From Gaiellales bacterium (GTDB taxonomy: Bacteria > Actinomycetota > Thermoleophilia > Gaiellales > Gaiellaceae), in contig JBBRYP010000009.1 of NCBI GenBank assembly GCA_038237515.1, positions 7,953 through 71,952 on the forward strand: 64,000 nt of DNA. Direction: 5' to 3'. A model generated the notes under the pieces. That model did not search any database. It was given only the letters and a program-made list of their open reading frames with translations, and was not told the origin of the DNA. A program made the translations under genes and the position numbers. Of this stretch, positions 35,611-44,456 are shown piece by piece (position 1 is the first letter of the stretch; each line of letters starts with the position of its first letter).

Positions 35611-36003
35611 CTACGTCTTCTTCGGCGAGTACTTCGACGGGCACTTCGTGACGAGCGAGTTCGGCACCGCGACGAAGACGCCGCGACGCAGGCTCCCGTC
35701 CACCACCGCGTGCCGCCCGACCTGGAAGAGGTCCGGGACGGAGCCCTTGTAGAGAACCGGCACGCTCACCCGCCCCTTGATGTCACGCAGGCGGAACCGG
35801 AGCCCGGCCGCGTGGGCGTCGCCGCGGACGGGCGCGAGGACAACGCCGGCGAGCGAGACCTTGCCGGCGTGGCCGGGCAGCTGGCTCGGGCGGAGCGAAG
35901 CTGTGCCGCCGCCCGCGATCGAGGTGTAGAGCAGGAAGACTGCGAGGCACGCCGCGACGGAAAGCGCAACCACGAGCCGTGCGGGGCTCTGCTTGCGGGC
36001 CAC
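35611..36003 (-). CDS. ccmE: Heme chaperone CcmE, CxxxY variant
   Basis: GTG 36003. TM anchor, then an OB-fold-like body (VSLAGVVLAPV...RFRLRD...VPVLYKGSVPDLFQ). The C-terminus is VTKCPSKYSPKK, with Cys (35641-35643) where canonical CcmE has the heme-binding His. Confidence 0.8.
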   Translation of the reverse strand: MARKQSPARLVVALSVAACLAVFLLYTSIAGGGTASLRPSQLPGHAGKVSLAGVVLAPVRGDAHAAGLRFRLRDIKGRVSVPVLYKGSVPDLFQVGRHAVVDGSLRRGVFVAVPNSLVTKCPSKYSPKKT

Positions 36004-36080
36004 CCCGGGAGTGTAGCCTCGGCGGCCCCGATTGCGACGGGATGCGAAGCCACGCCCTGCGGCGCAGCGGCGCCTCGAGC

Positions 36081-36320
36081 CTAGTGGGACGCGCGCGTCG
36101 GGCTGCGGTCCGGGATCCGGTAGCCGTGATCCTCGCAGAGGCTGCCGGGCGCATCCTCTGTCAGCGCGTCGCAGTAGCCCTTGCCGTACGCCGCGCGCAT
36201 GAAGGCCGCGACGACGCCGAGGTTCCACTCGTCGATCTCGCATGCCTCCCGCCAGAGGTCCGCGAGACGAAGGTCGATGTCGAGCTCGAGAAGCTCGATC
36301 CGAGAGGGGTCCTTTGCCAT
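36081..36320 (-). CDS. Small acidic hypothetical protein (79 aa)
   Basis: ATG 36320 (MAKDPSRIELLELDIDL...). Third-position GC is very high. Immediately upstream of ccmE on the same strand. Confidence 0.55.
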   Translation of the reverse strand: MAKDPSRIELLELDIDLRLADLWREACEIDEWNLGVVAAFMRAAYGKGYCDALTEDAPGSLCEDHGYRIPDRSPTRASH

Positions 36321-36517
36321 GGAAAAAGCGTAGGTCCGGCATCGGACGACATGAGTCGCTTGGCTTCTCGTGCGGAGCGGCGGCTTTTCCGCGCAGCGGC
36401 TCCAACCAGGCGCGTAGTGGGAGGCGGAGGGCGGGGGTGGCTCTTCGCTTCCGAGGGCGGGGCGGGCGGCTTTGCGGCGCAACTAGTCCCACTCGGGCGC
36501 GGCGAGAGGCGATGAAC

Positions 36518-36737
36518 GCGAGGGGCGCGATTGAATCGCTTCGCTCCTCCGGGGCTCTCGCCCCCCGAGCCCGCCGGCGACCATGCAGGCGAGAGCAGTT
36601 GGACGCTCCGCCTGCGGCTCCGCTGGATGGGGGACTCGGCGTCCCCCATCACCCCCCGCGGCGCAACTGGACTGGGCCTTCGGCCCGCAGATACCAAGGG
36701 GAGGCTCCCAAAGGCAGCGAATCGAGGGACGATCACC
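36518..36737 (-). repeat. Copy B-left of the structured repeat (most diverged, inverted relative to B-right)
   Basis: Its reverse complement aligns along its full length with 36775-37012 (GGTGAT...TTGGTA...GCCGAAGG...GGGGGAC-GCCGA-GTCCCCC...AGCGGAG...CTCGGGGGGCGAGAGCCCC...GCGATTCAATCGCGCCCCTCGC). Confidence 0.75.
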
Positions 36738-36774
36738 CGGGCTGCCGTGACGGGTGGTGGAGAGGTCAACCGAC

Positions 36775-37012
36775 GGTGATGGAGAGCGTCTGTGCACGGA
36801 GAACCTCATCGGCGAGGATGGAGAACCGTTGGTACGCACGAGCCGGAAGGCGAGTTGCATGTGCCCGGAGGGGGCGAAGGGGGGAACTCCGTTCCCCCCT
36901 TGGAGCGGAGGCGAAGCCGCAGCGATAACTCCTCGAAGGGTGTAGGCAGCCGGGGGGTCTCGGGGGGCGGGAGCCCCCCGGAAGAGCGGAGCGCTCAATT
37001 CGCGCCCCTCGC
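36775..37012 (+). repeat. Copy B-right of the structured repeat (full length)
   Basis: Near-identical over about 235 nt to the reverse complement of 51392-51625. Hairpins GGGGGGAAC-TCC-GTTCCCCCC, CCGGGGGGTCTC...GGGAGCCCCCCGG and GCGC-TCAATTC-GCGC. Confidence 0.9.
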
Positions 37013-37120
37013 AAACCCGCCCCTCGCCCGCCCCGCCTCTCGCCGAGCCGGGTCGCACGCGTTGCCGTCCGGAAAGCCGCCCGCTCCGGGACGGAGTCCC
37101 CTACGAGCTATCGTCGCCGC

Positions 37121-38029
37121 ATGACCCCGACGATCCGCCTCGGGCCTGCGCGCTGCCCGTCTCGAGAGAGTCCCGACGAAGCGATCCGGCTCCTGCTCGA
37201 GCGCGGCTACACCGCCTGCGAGCTCGACTTCGAGGGCCGGTTCTGGATGGATTACGCGTTCGCGGAGCGCCTCGGCGCGCTCGGGCGCGAGGCGGACATC
37301 GCCCTCTCCGTGCACGCGCCGATCGCCGGGTTCCTCGGCCAGCTGGAGCGCGACAAGAAGCACCGGATGGCCCTCGGCATGCTCGACCATTCCGCGGGAC
37401 TCGCGGCAGCGGCCGGCGCCGAGCTCGTCGTCTTCCACCCAGGCTTCCTCCTCGGCCGGGAGCGGCAGGCTGCGCTCGACGCGGTCGTCGAGCAGCTCCG
37501 GGAGCTGCGCGAGCGGCTCGAAGCGAAGGGACGAGCGGTTCCCTTCGGGATCGAGATCATGGGGCGCGTCCGCGAGCTGGGCACCGCCGCGGACGTCTTC
37601 TTCGTCGCGGCGCAGCTGCCCTGGGTGCGTCCCGTGATCGACTTCGCGCACCTCCACGCCGTCACCGACGGCGGTTTCACCGAGGCAGGAGCGTTCGCCG
37701 GCGTCCTGGAGATCGCAGACTCGATCCTCGAGCCGGGGATTCCCTTCCACGTCCACTTCTCCGACATCGCCTACGCGAACCGCAACGAGACGAAGCACCT
37801 CTCCTACGGCGAGGGAACGCTCCGCGCCGGCCCTCTGCGCGAGGCTTTGGCGGCCTGCGAGCGGCCCGCGACGGTGATCAGCGAGTCGCCGGACGAGGCG
37901 TCACATCAGGCGATCGGAGCGGCACTCGCCTCGAGGACTGCCGCGAGCTTGCCCGCTGGAACGAGCTCGAGCAAGCGGCGCGCGAAGGGCTCCGCCTCGT
38001 CGCCGCGGTCACGCTCGACGAGGAACTGA
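37121..38029 (+). CDS. TIM-barrel AP-endonuclease-2 / endonuclease IV-like (xylose isomerase-like fold) protein
   Basis: SVHAPI, VVFHPG, GIEIMG, IDFAHLHA, HVHFSD: the metal-ligand pattern of the Nfo / sugar-phosphate-isomerase fold. The last ~40 codons overlap the convergent gene. Confidence 0.7.
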   Translation: MTPTIRLGPARCPSRESPDEAIRLLLERGYTACELDFEGRFWMDYAFAERLGALGREADIALSVHAPIAGFLGQLERDKKHRMALGMLDHSAGLAAAAGAELVVFHPGFLLGRERQAALDAVVEQLRELRERLEAKGRAVPFGIEIMGRVRELGTAADVFFVAAQLPWVRPVIDFAHLHAVTDGGFTEAGAFAGVLEIADSILEPGIPFHVHFSDIAYANRNETKHLSYGEGTLRAGPLREALAACERPATVISESPDEASHQAIGAALASRTAASLPAGTSSSKRRAKGSASSPRSRSTRN

Positions 38030-40869
38030 ACGAGCGCCTCGAGCGGCTCGATCTCGGTCAGCCGGAAGTCCGTTCCCTCGAGCACCTCGAGGGCCTCCCT
38101 GAGGAGCGCCTCGGCCTCTACGTCACGGCCCTGCGCGGCGCGGACGAGCGCGAGCGCGAGGCGCGTAGTCGAGCGGGACGACTGGTCGTGAGGACCGACC
38201 GTTCGTCGCGACTCGAGCGCCACGAGCTCCGCCTCCTCGACCCTTCCCAGACGTACCAGCACCTGCGCGAGGCGCCGCTGGCTCTCGCAGAGCGTCCCTC
38301 GATCGCCGACCGCCTTGAGTACGCGGATCGAGTCCCTCAGGAGTCGCTCGGCGCGGGGGAGGTCGCCACGCCTTGCCGCTACCTCTCCCAGCAGCATCAG
38401 CGACCGCGCCCGGTGCGTCTCTGCACCGGCCTCCTCGAACAAAGCTCGCGCGTCCTCGAGCGCAGGCTCGGCCTCGTCGAGCTGCCCGAGCAGGAGGTGG
38501 AGATCGGCGACGCCGCGCCGTGCCCAGGCCCGGTGGACGATGCTGCCGCTCTCCTCGGCCAGCTCGTTGCCCCGCTCGATCAGGGGGCGCGCCTTCTCGT
38601 GCTCGAGCCGCTCGATGTAGAGGTAGGCGAGCCCGTGGGCGGCGCCACCCTCGAGATCCTTGCGACCTAGGTCTCGTGCCATCTCGAGGCTCGCCCGGGT
38701 CTGCCTCTCCGCCTCGCTCAGGTCGCCGACCCACCACGCGATCGTCGAGAGCACCCCCAGCGCGTCGTAGCGCGCCTCGCTTGCCTCGCCGTCCAGCACT
38801 TCGAGCGCCCGCATGGCGAGAGCCCGGGCCCGCGGCAGATCGGCCTCGTGGAGCAGTGCGACGTCTGCCAGAGCGGTCAATGCCCGGCCTTCGGTCGCGC
38901 CCTCGCCGGATTGCTCGGCCGCCTCCCGGACGAGCTCCATCTCCGCGGACACCGCCGGGAAATCGGAGAGCCGCCAGGCCGCGCGCGCGGCGTGGAAGCG
39001 GCGTGGGAGCGTCGGCTCGAGCTCGACCGCCCGGACGAGGAGGGTGCGGCCCGATCGGTTGGCCTCGCGGGCGAGGGCCCTGCGACCCGCCTGCTCGAGG
39101 GCGGCCGCCGCCTCGGCCGCGAGCGCACGCGGCGCGACGCCGTCGAGCTCCGCCAGCAGTGCCGCCGCCTGATCGAGGTGGTAGGCGCGAATCTCGAGCA
39201 GCTCCTCCCCGGCCCGTTCGCGCAGCCAGCCCGCGAAGCGCTCGTGGTGGCCCGCGCGAGCGGACTTCGAGAGCCCGGAGTAGGCGACCTCGCGGATGAG
39301 GACGTGCTTGAACCGGAAGGCGCGCTCGCCCGTGATCGTCGAGCGCGCCTCTCGCTGCACGAAGTCGCGCAGGAGCAGATCGTCGAGGACGGCGTCGACG
39401 TCCAGATCCTGCGCAAGGTGTCGCATCGCGCCGGCCCAGAAGGTGCGTCCGATGACTGCGGCCCGCTGCAAAAGCGCCTTCTGGTCGCTCCCGAGCCTGT
39501 CGATGCGCGATGCGATCAGGGCGTGCAGCGTGTCGGGAATCCGGTCGACGAGCGCCTCGCCGCACTCGTCGAGCGCGCGGACCGTCTCCTCGAGGAAGAG
39601 CGGGTTGCCCTCCGTCTTGTCGAAGAGCGCGCGACGGAGCGCCGGCGAGAGCGTCCCGCTCTCCACGAGCGCGTCGACGAGCTCCTCCGACTCCTCGGGC
39701 GCCAGGGGCTCGAGCTCGATCGCCGTTGCTCGCACGCTGCCGCCGCCCCAGCTCGGGTGAACGTCGAGAAGCTCGGCCCGCGCGAGGCACAGCAACATGA
39801 GCGGCGCCTCCCGTACCCAGGCGGCGAGATGCTCGATCAGCTCGAGAAGCGGCTCCTCCGCCCAGTGGATGTCCTCGAAGACGAGGACGATCGGCTGGGC
39901 AGCTGCCAGCTGCTCGAAGAACTCCCGCGCGGCCCACGCGATCTCCTGCTGGGATCGCTCGGCCTCGACCGCCTCGAGCACGCCCGAAGCGAGACCGAGC
40001 AGGTCAGCTACGGCTTCGTCCTCGCAGCACGCGCGCAGCTTCAGGACCGCTTCCTTCACCGGATCGTCGTCGGAGATGCCCGCCGCGGTCTTCACCATCT
40101 CCGCGAGGGGCCAGTAGGTGATGCCCTCCCCGTAGGGCAGCGCGCGCCCCGTCAGCACGGTCGCGCCCTCGAGACCCGCCACGAACTCGGCCGCCAGACG
40201 GCTCTTCCCCACCCCAGGCTCGCCGTAGACGGTGAAGAGGTGTGCGCGCCCGTTTCGGACTGCGCGCGCGAACGTGTTGTGCAGGAGCTCGAGCTCTTCC
40301 TCCCGGGCCACGAACCTCACGGTGACGTTTGTCCGGGCGTGAGCGCCGTTACGCGAGGCGCCGAGCACGTGCCAGGTCGCGAGCGGCTCTTCGCGGCCCC
40401 GCAGCTCGAACGGACCGAGCTCCTCGAGATCGAGCCGCCCCGCCGTGAGGCCGTGCGTGCCCGGCCCGATCAGGATCTGCCCCGGCTTGGCCGCCTGCTG
40501 AAGGCGGGCCGCGACGTTCACCGCCTCGCCTGTCGCGAAGGTGGATTCGGCGTCGTCGACGACGACCTCTCCCGATTCGATCCCGATCCGGCACTCGAGG
40601 CCGAGGTCCACCACCGACTCCATCGTGGCAAGCGCCGCCCGCACGGCCCGCTCTGCGTCGTCCTCGTGCGCGCGGGGCACCCCGAATGCCGCCATCACGG
40701 CGTCGCCGGCGAACTTCTCGACCATCCCGCCGTGGAGCGCGATGCAGTGCGAGACCTGGTCGAAGAAGCGGTTCACCCGCCGCCGCACGACCTCCGGGTC
40801 CGCGATCGCGACGAACGACGTCGAGCCGACCAGATCGACGAAGAGGACCGTTGCAAGCTTGCGTTCCAC
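37906..40869 (-). CDS. Class III adenylate/guanylate cyclase - AAA/STAND ATPase - TPR multidomain protein
   Basis: 987 aa. ATVLFVDLVGST...KFAGDAVMAAFG...GEAVNVAARL cyclase domain, P-loop GEPGVGKSRLAAEF, and a long TPR-like helical C-terminus. Confidence 0.88.
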   Translation of the reverse strand: MERKLATVLFVDLVGSTSFVAIADPEVVRRRVNRFFDQVSHCIALHGGMVEKFAGDAVMAAFGVPRAHEDDAERAVRAALATMESVVDLGLECRIGIESGEVVVDDAESTFATGEAVNVAARLQQAAKPGQILIGPGTHGLTAGRLDLEELGPFELRGREEPLATWHVLGASRNGAHARTNVTVRFVAREEELELLHNTFARAVRNGRAHLFTVYGEPGVGKSRLAAEFVAGLEGATVLTGRALPYGEGITYWPLAEMVKTAAGISDDDPVKEAVLKLRACCEDEAVADLLGLASGVLEAVEAERSQQEIAWAAREFFEQLAAAQPIVLVFEDIHWAEEPLLELIEHLAAWVREAPLMLLCLARAELLDVHPSWGGGSVRATAIELEPLAPEESEELVDALVESGTLSPALRRALFDKTEGNPLFLEETVRALDECGEALVDRIPDTLHALIASRIDRLGSDQKALLQRAAVIGRTFWAGAMRHLAQDLDVDAVLDDLLLRDFVQREARSTITGERAFRFKHVLIREVAYSGLSKSARAGHHERFAGWLRERAGEELLEIRAYHLDQAAALLAELDGVAPRALAAEAAAALEQAGRRALAREANRSGRTLLVRAVELEPTLPRRFHAARAAWRLSDFPAVSAEMELVREAAEQSGEGATEGRALTALADVALLHEADLPRARALAMRALEVLDGEASEARYDALGVLSTIAWWVGDLSEAERQTRASLEMARDLGRKDLEGGAAHGLAYLYIERLEHEKARPLIERGNELAEESGSIVHRAWARRGVADLHLLLGQLDEAEPALEDARALFEEAGAETHRARSLMLLGEVAARRGDLPRAERLLRDSIRVLKAVGDRGTLCESQRRLAQVLVRLGRVEEAELVALESRRTVGPHDQSSRSTTRLALALVRAAQGRDVEAEALLREALEVLEGTDFRLTEIEPLEALVQFLVERDRGDEAEPFARRLLELVPAGKLAAVLEASAAPIA

Positions 40870-40954
40870 GCCCTAAGTGTAGAAACGGCAGGCGCCGGCG
40901 CGGGCTTCCCTCGCGGTGGCCGGTGCCGGGGTTGCCGAAGGCACACGATGTCGA

Positions 40955-42250
40955 TCAACGCAGCGGTGCGAGCGCCTCGAGCGCGTCGAAGATGTCGGCC
41001 TTCGCCTGCTGCGGGCCGAGCACCGCGACCGACCGGTCCCCACGCTCGACCTCGCCGACGACGCCGCCTGCGGTCGTCAAGTAGAAGCGGACGACTCCAC
41101 CCCGGCTGAGCGGGATCGTCTTTGCCGGCACATACCGGTCCGCGACCACCTCCGGCGGCACGACCCGCCGGTAGTTCCACACGGTGAGGCTGTCGCCGTA
41201 CCGGAGCAAGTACCCGTCGCCGGCGTTCCAGCGAACGCGAACGACTTGCCTCAAACGCTCGCCGTGGTAGCTGGGCCCGACCCACTGGAGCGGAGGCCGG
41301 ACTTTCCGGGCTGCTCCCGGCGTCAACGCCTGCCGCCCCACCTCTCTCAGCACACGACCGGGAGCCACCCGCTCGACGACCCGGATGCCCGTGGGTGCGC
41401 GAAGGTCGAAAGCGCCGCGGGCGGCACCCCGAGGAAAGCTGCGGAACCGCGTGACGACGATGCGGGAGAACGGCGGACGGCCGGGCTCCCGCCAGACGAT
41501 CAGCCTCGGCAGGTACGACGCCGCGTCGATCGTCACCACCTGCTCTATGCGAGCGGTGTCGGGAAGCGCCTGGGCGGGCAGGATCAGGCGGTAGGCGCTT
41601 CGGCCTCGATAGGTGATCCGCGAGGTCTCGCCGCGCCGCTGCTGGAGCGCTCGCCGGTAGAGCTCGATCGGATCGACGAGCTCCGCACAGCCGCTTCCGA
41701 ACGCCCGGCAGCTCGGGCCGACGACGACCACGTCCTGAGCGATGTCGTACCGGCTGACGCGCCCACGCTCGAGGAGCGTCGCCGCGACACGCCTACCGTG
41801 GACGAACTGGTTCCAGATCACGCGCCGGCCGTCGGAGTCGATCCAGCCCGACCGCGTCGAGACCGGAAAATCGCCGGCGCCGACGGGCTCGATCCGCTCG
41901 ACCACGTGCAGCACCCGCGGGGGACCGAGTGCCGCGGCAGCTCTCCCCTCGATGTCGAGCCCGCCGCCGCGGACGAGGAACGCGAGCGCCGCTGCGCCTC
42001 CGAGCACGACGGCGAGGCCCACGCCGGACGCAGCGAGTCGCAGCCGGTGTGGTCGCGCTGCCGGCGCGACCCGCGGTAGCGACCGTGCGAGCGCCCGCTC
42101 GACCTCCGCCTCGCCGACCTCTTCGCGGGCGGCGTCCGCCGCGCGCGACAGCACGAGCGCGAGGCGGCCGGCCTCCCCCTCGCCGGCCTCGCGTCCGTCC
42201 AGCACGCGGGCGAGCCTCGCCGCGACGGATCGCTCCTCACGCACGGGCAC
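40955..42250 (-). CDS. Putative anti-sigma factor / membrane protein with large extracytoplasmic domain
   Basis: Overlaps the ECF sigma stop by 14 nt. Single TM (GVGLAVVLGGAAALAFLV) after a ~75-aa cytoplasmic segment. No recognisable domain beyond that. Confidence 0.5.
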   Translation of the reverse strand: MPVREERSVAARLARVLDGREAGEGEAGRLALVLSRAADAAREEVGEAEVERALARSLPRVAPAARPHRLRLAASGVGLAVVLGGAAALAFLVRGGGLDIEGRAAAALGPPRVLHVVERIEPVGAGDFPVSTRSGWIDSDGRRVIWNQFVHGRRVAATLLERGRVSRYDIAQDVVVVGPSCRAFGSGCAELVDPIELYRRALQQRRGETSRITYRGRSAYRLILPAQALPDTARIEQVVTIDAASYLPRLIVWREPGRPPFSRIVVTRFRSFPRGAARGAFDLRAPTGIRVVERVAPGRVLREVGRQALTPGAARKVRPPLQWVGPSYHGERLRQVVRVRWNAGDGYLLRYGDSLTVWNYRRVVPPEVVADRYVPAKTIPLSRGGVVRFYLTTAGGVVGEVERGDRSVAVLGPQQAKADIFDALEALAPLR

Positions 42251-42773
42251 GGATCCCTTCCCTCTCCAGCGACTCCTGCAGCTGCCGGCCCGCGCGCAGC
42301 AGGGCCATCTGGCAGGCTCCTACGCTCCGGCCCGTGAGCCTGGCGACCTCGGCGAACGGATAGCCCTCGACGAGCCGCAGGTGGACGAGCAGCTGGTGCT
42401 GCGGCGAGAGCTCCGCGAGCGCGCGCCGCAGAGCCTCGCGCTCGGCGACCGTCTCGAGGCGATCCGGTGCCTCCTCGCGAGCCGCGACCTCGGGCGCAGA
42501 TACCTCCCTGCCGCGCTTGCTCACCGTGTCGGCTGCCATGTTGGCCGCGACCCGGTAGAGCCAGGCGAGAACCGGCCGACCCTGCCAGCGCAGCCGCGGG
42601 ACGCGGCGGAAGGCCTCCACGAAGACCTCCGATGCGAGTTCGGCCGCGTCGTCGCGGGAGCCGAGCCGCACCGACAGGTAGCGCACGATCTCGGCGTAGT
42701 GGGCGCGGAACAGCGCGTCGAAGTCGTCCTGCTCACGGCGGAAGCGTCGAAGCTCGAGGGGATCGTCCTGCAC
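42237..42773 (-). CDS. ECF-type RNA polymerase sigma-70 factor
   Basis: 178 aa. FDALFRAHYAEIVRYL...ELASEVFVEAF (region 2) and LSPQHQLLVHLRLVEGYPFAEVARLTGRSVGACQMALLRA (region 4). Confidence 0.9.
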   Translation of the reverse strand: MQDDPLELRRFRREQDDFDALFRAHYAEIVRYLSVRLGSRDDAAELASEVFVEAFRRVPRLRWQGRPVLAWLYRVAANMAADTVSKRGREVSAPEVAAREEAPDRLETVAEREALRRALAELSPQHQLLVHLRLVEGYPFAEVARLTGRSVGACQMALLRAGRQLQESLEREGIRARA

Positions 42774-42780
42774 TCGCCCC

Positions 42781-44367
42781 TCAGGTCGGCAGCGTCCGGA
42801 CTCCGGCGGCCCGGCGGCGTACGAAGCCGGGCTCCAGAAAGGTCGCGGCGATCGTCCCGCCGGCTGAGGCCGCGGTCGTCGACGAGGGGAAGGCAGCGGC
42901 CGGAACCGGCGGAAGTCCGGCGGCCTCGCGCCGGAGGCGCTCCGCGAGCGGTGGCGAGATCCGGACGCGCCCGTCCGGGCGGAGCAGGACGTGCGCCCTC
43001 GGCAGGTAGCTCAGGAGCGAGCCCTCGACCGACCACGGATTCGGGTGCTTCCAGAGGATTTGAACCACGAGCGCCGACTCGGTCTCGCGCGGCAGGCCCA
43101 CCTCGGCGAGGGGCCCGAGGAGGGCGAGGTACGGCGCAGGGTCGGCCGCGCGGTGCGTCCCGAGGAAGACCGCCCTCGCTTCCGGCGCAGGGAAGGGCTT
43201 CAAGCCTCGCGCCGCCGCGCGCAGACGGGCGAGTTCACGTGGCGCCGGCTGAGACCAGCCGGCGAACCCGCCGCTCTCGTCGTCGGCGAGCCATGCCCCC
43301 GAGCCGGGCACGAACCAGGCTCGGGTGTGCGCGACGATGCGCCCCCGTTCGTCGGCGTAGCCGATCCTGACGCGGTAATGGCTTCCGGGCTCGGGTGCGC
43401 GGGAGGAATCCAGCCGAAGGCCGCGCCGCGATGCCACCCGGAGAGCGGCGTTTGGCGAGACCGACCTGCACCCCGTCGGGCGACAGACCTGGAGCGAAGC
43501 GATCTCCTTCGCCGCCGCAGCCCCGGCGAGGACGAGGGCGAAGGTGACGAACGTCGTCCCGAGGCCCACCGCCCGGGCATGCGCGAGGCGGCGGCGGCGC
43601 GACGCGAGGACGAGCCCGAGCGGCCCGACGCCTAGTGCCAGGGCGCCCGTCGCCAGTGCCACGGTCGCCCACGGAAAAGGATCCGCCGGGGTGGTGGGCG
43701 GCAGCCCCGCAGCCTCGCGCTCGATCCCGACGGCGAGCTCTTCGGGAACCCGGACGTAACCGTTCGCGCCGAAGAGGATGCGTTGCCGGGGGTAATACAC
43801 GAACAGCTCCTGCGCCGACCACGGGTTCCTGCCTCGCCAGTGGAGCGTGATGTAGATGGACCTGCCGGTCGGGGGAGACCCCGGGAGACGCCGAAGGCCG
43901 AGGAGCGACGCGTAGGCAGCCGGCTCGCGCGAGGGGTGCGCACCGACCCGGACACTGGTGAGGCGCGGAGGTGCGTACGGATCGAGGCCGCGGGTCGCGC
44001 GCCGAAGCGCCGCGGCCTGCCTAGCGCCGGCGCGCCCCCAGGCCTGAGCCTGGCCACGCTCGTCCTCGGGGCGCAGCAGGCCGGGTGCGGCCACGAAGTA
44101 CGACCGGAACGCCTCGAAGAGCCGGCGGCCGTCGCGGGCGTAGAACCGGACGACGTAGTAGCTCTGCGGCGAGGCCGCAGGCACCTCGGACACCGGCGAC
44201 GAGGTTCCGTACGGGCCGGCGCCGAACGCGCGCGCAGCGGACGCGCCGATCTCCCTGCAGGCGGACGCGCCGCACACCTCGACGGCACCGATCTCCTTCG
44301 CGCCCGCAGCTGGGACGACCAGGCTCGCTCCCACCAGGGCCCCGCCTGCAGCGATCCAGTTCCTCAT
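42781..44367 (-). CDS. Hypothetical envelope protein built from two tandem ~260-aa homologous modules
   Basis: Each module has a hydrophobic segment, then AAGAKEIGAVEVCGASAC / AAAAKEIASLQVCRPTGC ... NPWS ... REAAGLPP. Confidence 0.6.
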   Translation of the reverse strand: MRNWIAAGGALVGASLVVPAAGAKEIGAVEVCGASACREIGASAARAFGAGPYGTSSPVSEVPAASPQSYYVVRFYARDGRRLFEAFRSYFVAAPGLLRPEDERGQAQAWGRAGARQAAALRRATRGLDPYAPPRLTSVRVGAHPSREPAAYASLLGLRRLPGSPPTGRSIYITLHWRGRNPWSAQELFVYYPRQRILFGANGYVRVPEELAVGIEREAAGLPPTTPADPFPWATVALATGALALGVGPLGLVLASRRRRLAHARAVGLGTTFVTFALVLAGAAAAKEIASLQVCRPTGCRSVSPNAALRVASRRGLRLDSSRAPEPGSHYRVRIGYADERGRIVAHTRAWFVPGSGAWLADDESGGFAGWSQPAPRELARLRAAARGLKPFPAPEARAVFLGTHRAADPAPYLALLGPLAEVGLPRETESALVVQILWKHPNPWSVEGSLLSYLPRAHVLLRPDGRVRISPPLAERLRREAAGLPPVPAAAFPSSTTAASAGGTIAATFLEPGFVRRRAAGVRTLPT

Positions 44368-44456
44368 CGTCTTCCTCCTCGTCGGATATTCGACCTATCC
44401 GCGACCGGAGGGCAAACCTCACAGACCGCCGAGGGGCGGCAGTTAGCATCCGGCCG

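Noticed and set aside
31752-35651. 1299-aa plus-strand ORF, and similar very long ORFs (5945..7984 minus, 38848..41109 plus, 50007..53090 plus, 12293..13927 plus, 13101..15293 plus).
   Set aside because: All are antisense to, or out of frame with, genes that have unmistakable family signatures (CcmF, M23 peptidase, histidine kinase, cyclase-STAND protein, RecJ, thiolase, ALDH). Their translations are Arg/Pro/Gly/Ala-rich low complexity, as expected for stop-poor alternative frames at 70% GC.
36775-37012. Possibility that the repeat is an ORF-less group II intron (GTGCA/GTGCC near the 5' end, GAGCCGG resembling the start of domain V) or a hammerhead ribozyme (GGTGATGGAG).
   Set aside because: At about 235 nt it is far too short for group II domains I-VI. 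The GAGCCGG...CCGGAGG segment does not form the 34-nt domain V helix. The hammerhead CUGAUGA core is not present.
36792-37124. Apparently conserved peptide GGGEGGN(S/P)VPPLERRRSRSDNSSKGVG encoded by the repeat copies (ORFs 31752.., 36792..37124, 51058..51624, and alternative frames 31630..31899 and 36754..36945).
   Set aside because: The conservation is at the nucleotide level. The copies differ by 1-2 nt indels that shift the frame upstream and downstream of this stretch. There is no consistent start or RBS, and the composition is Gly/Arg low complexity. These are treated as non-coding repeats.
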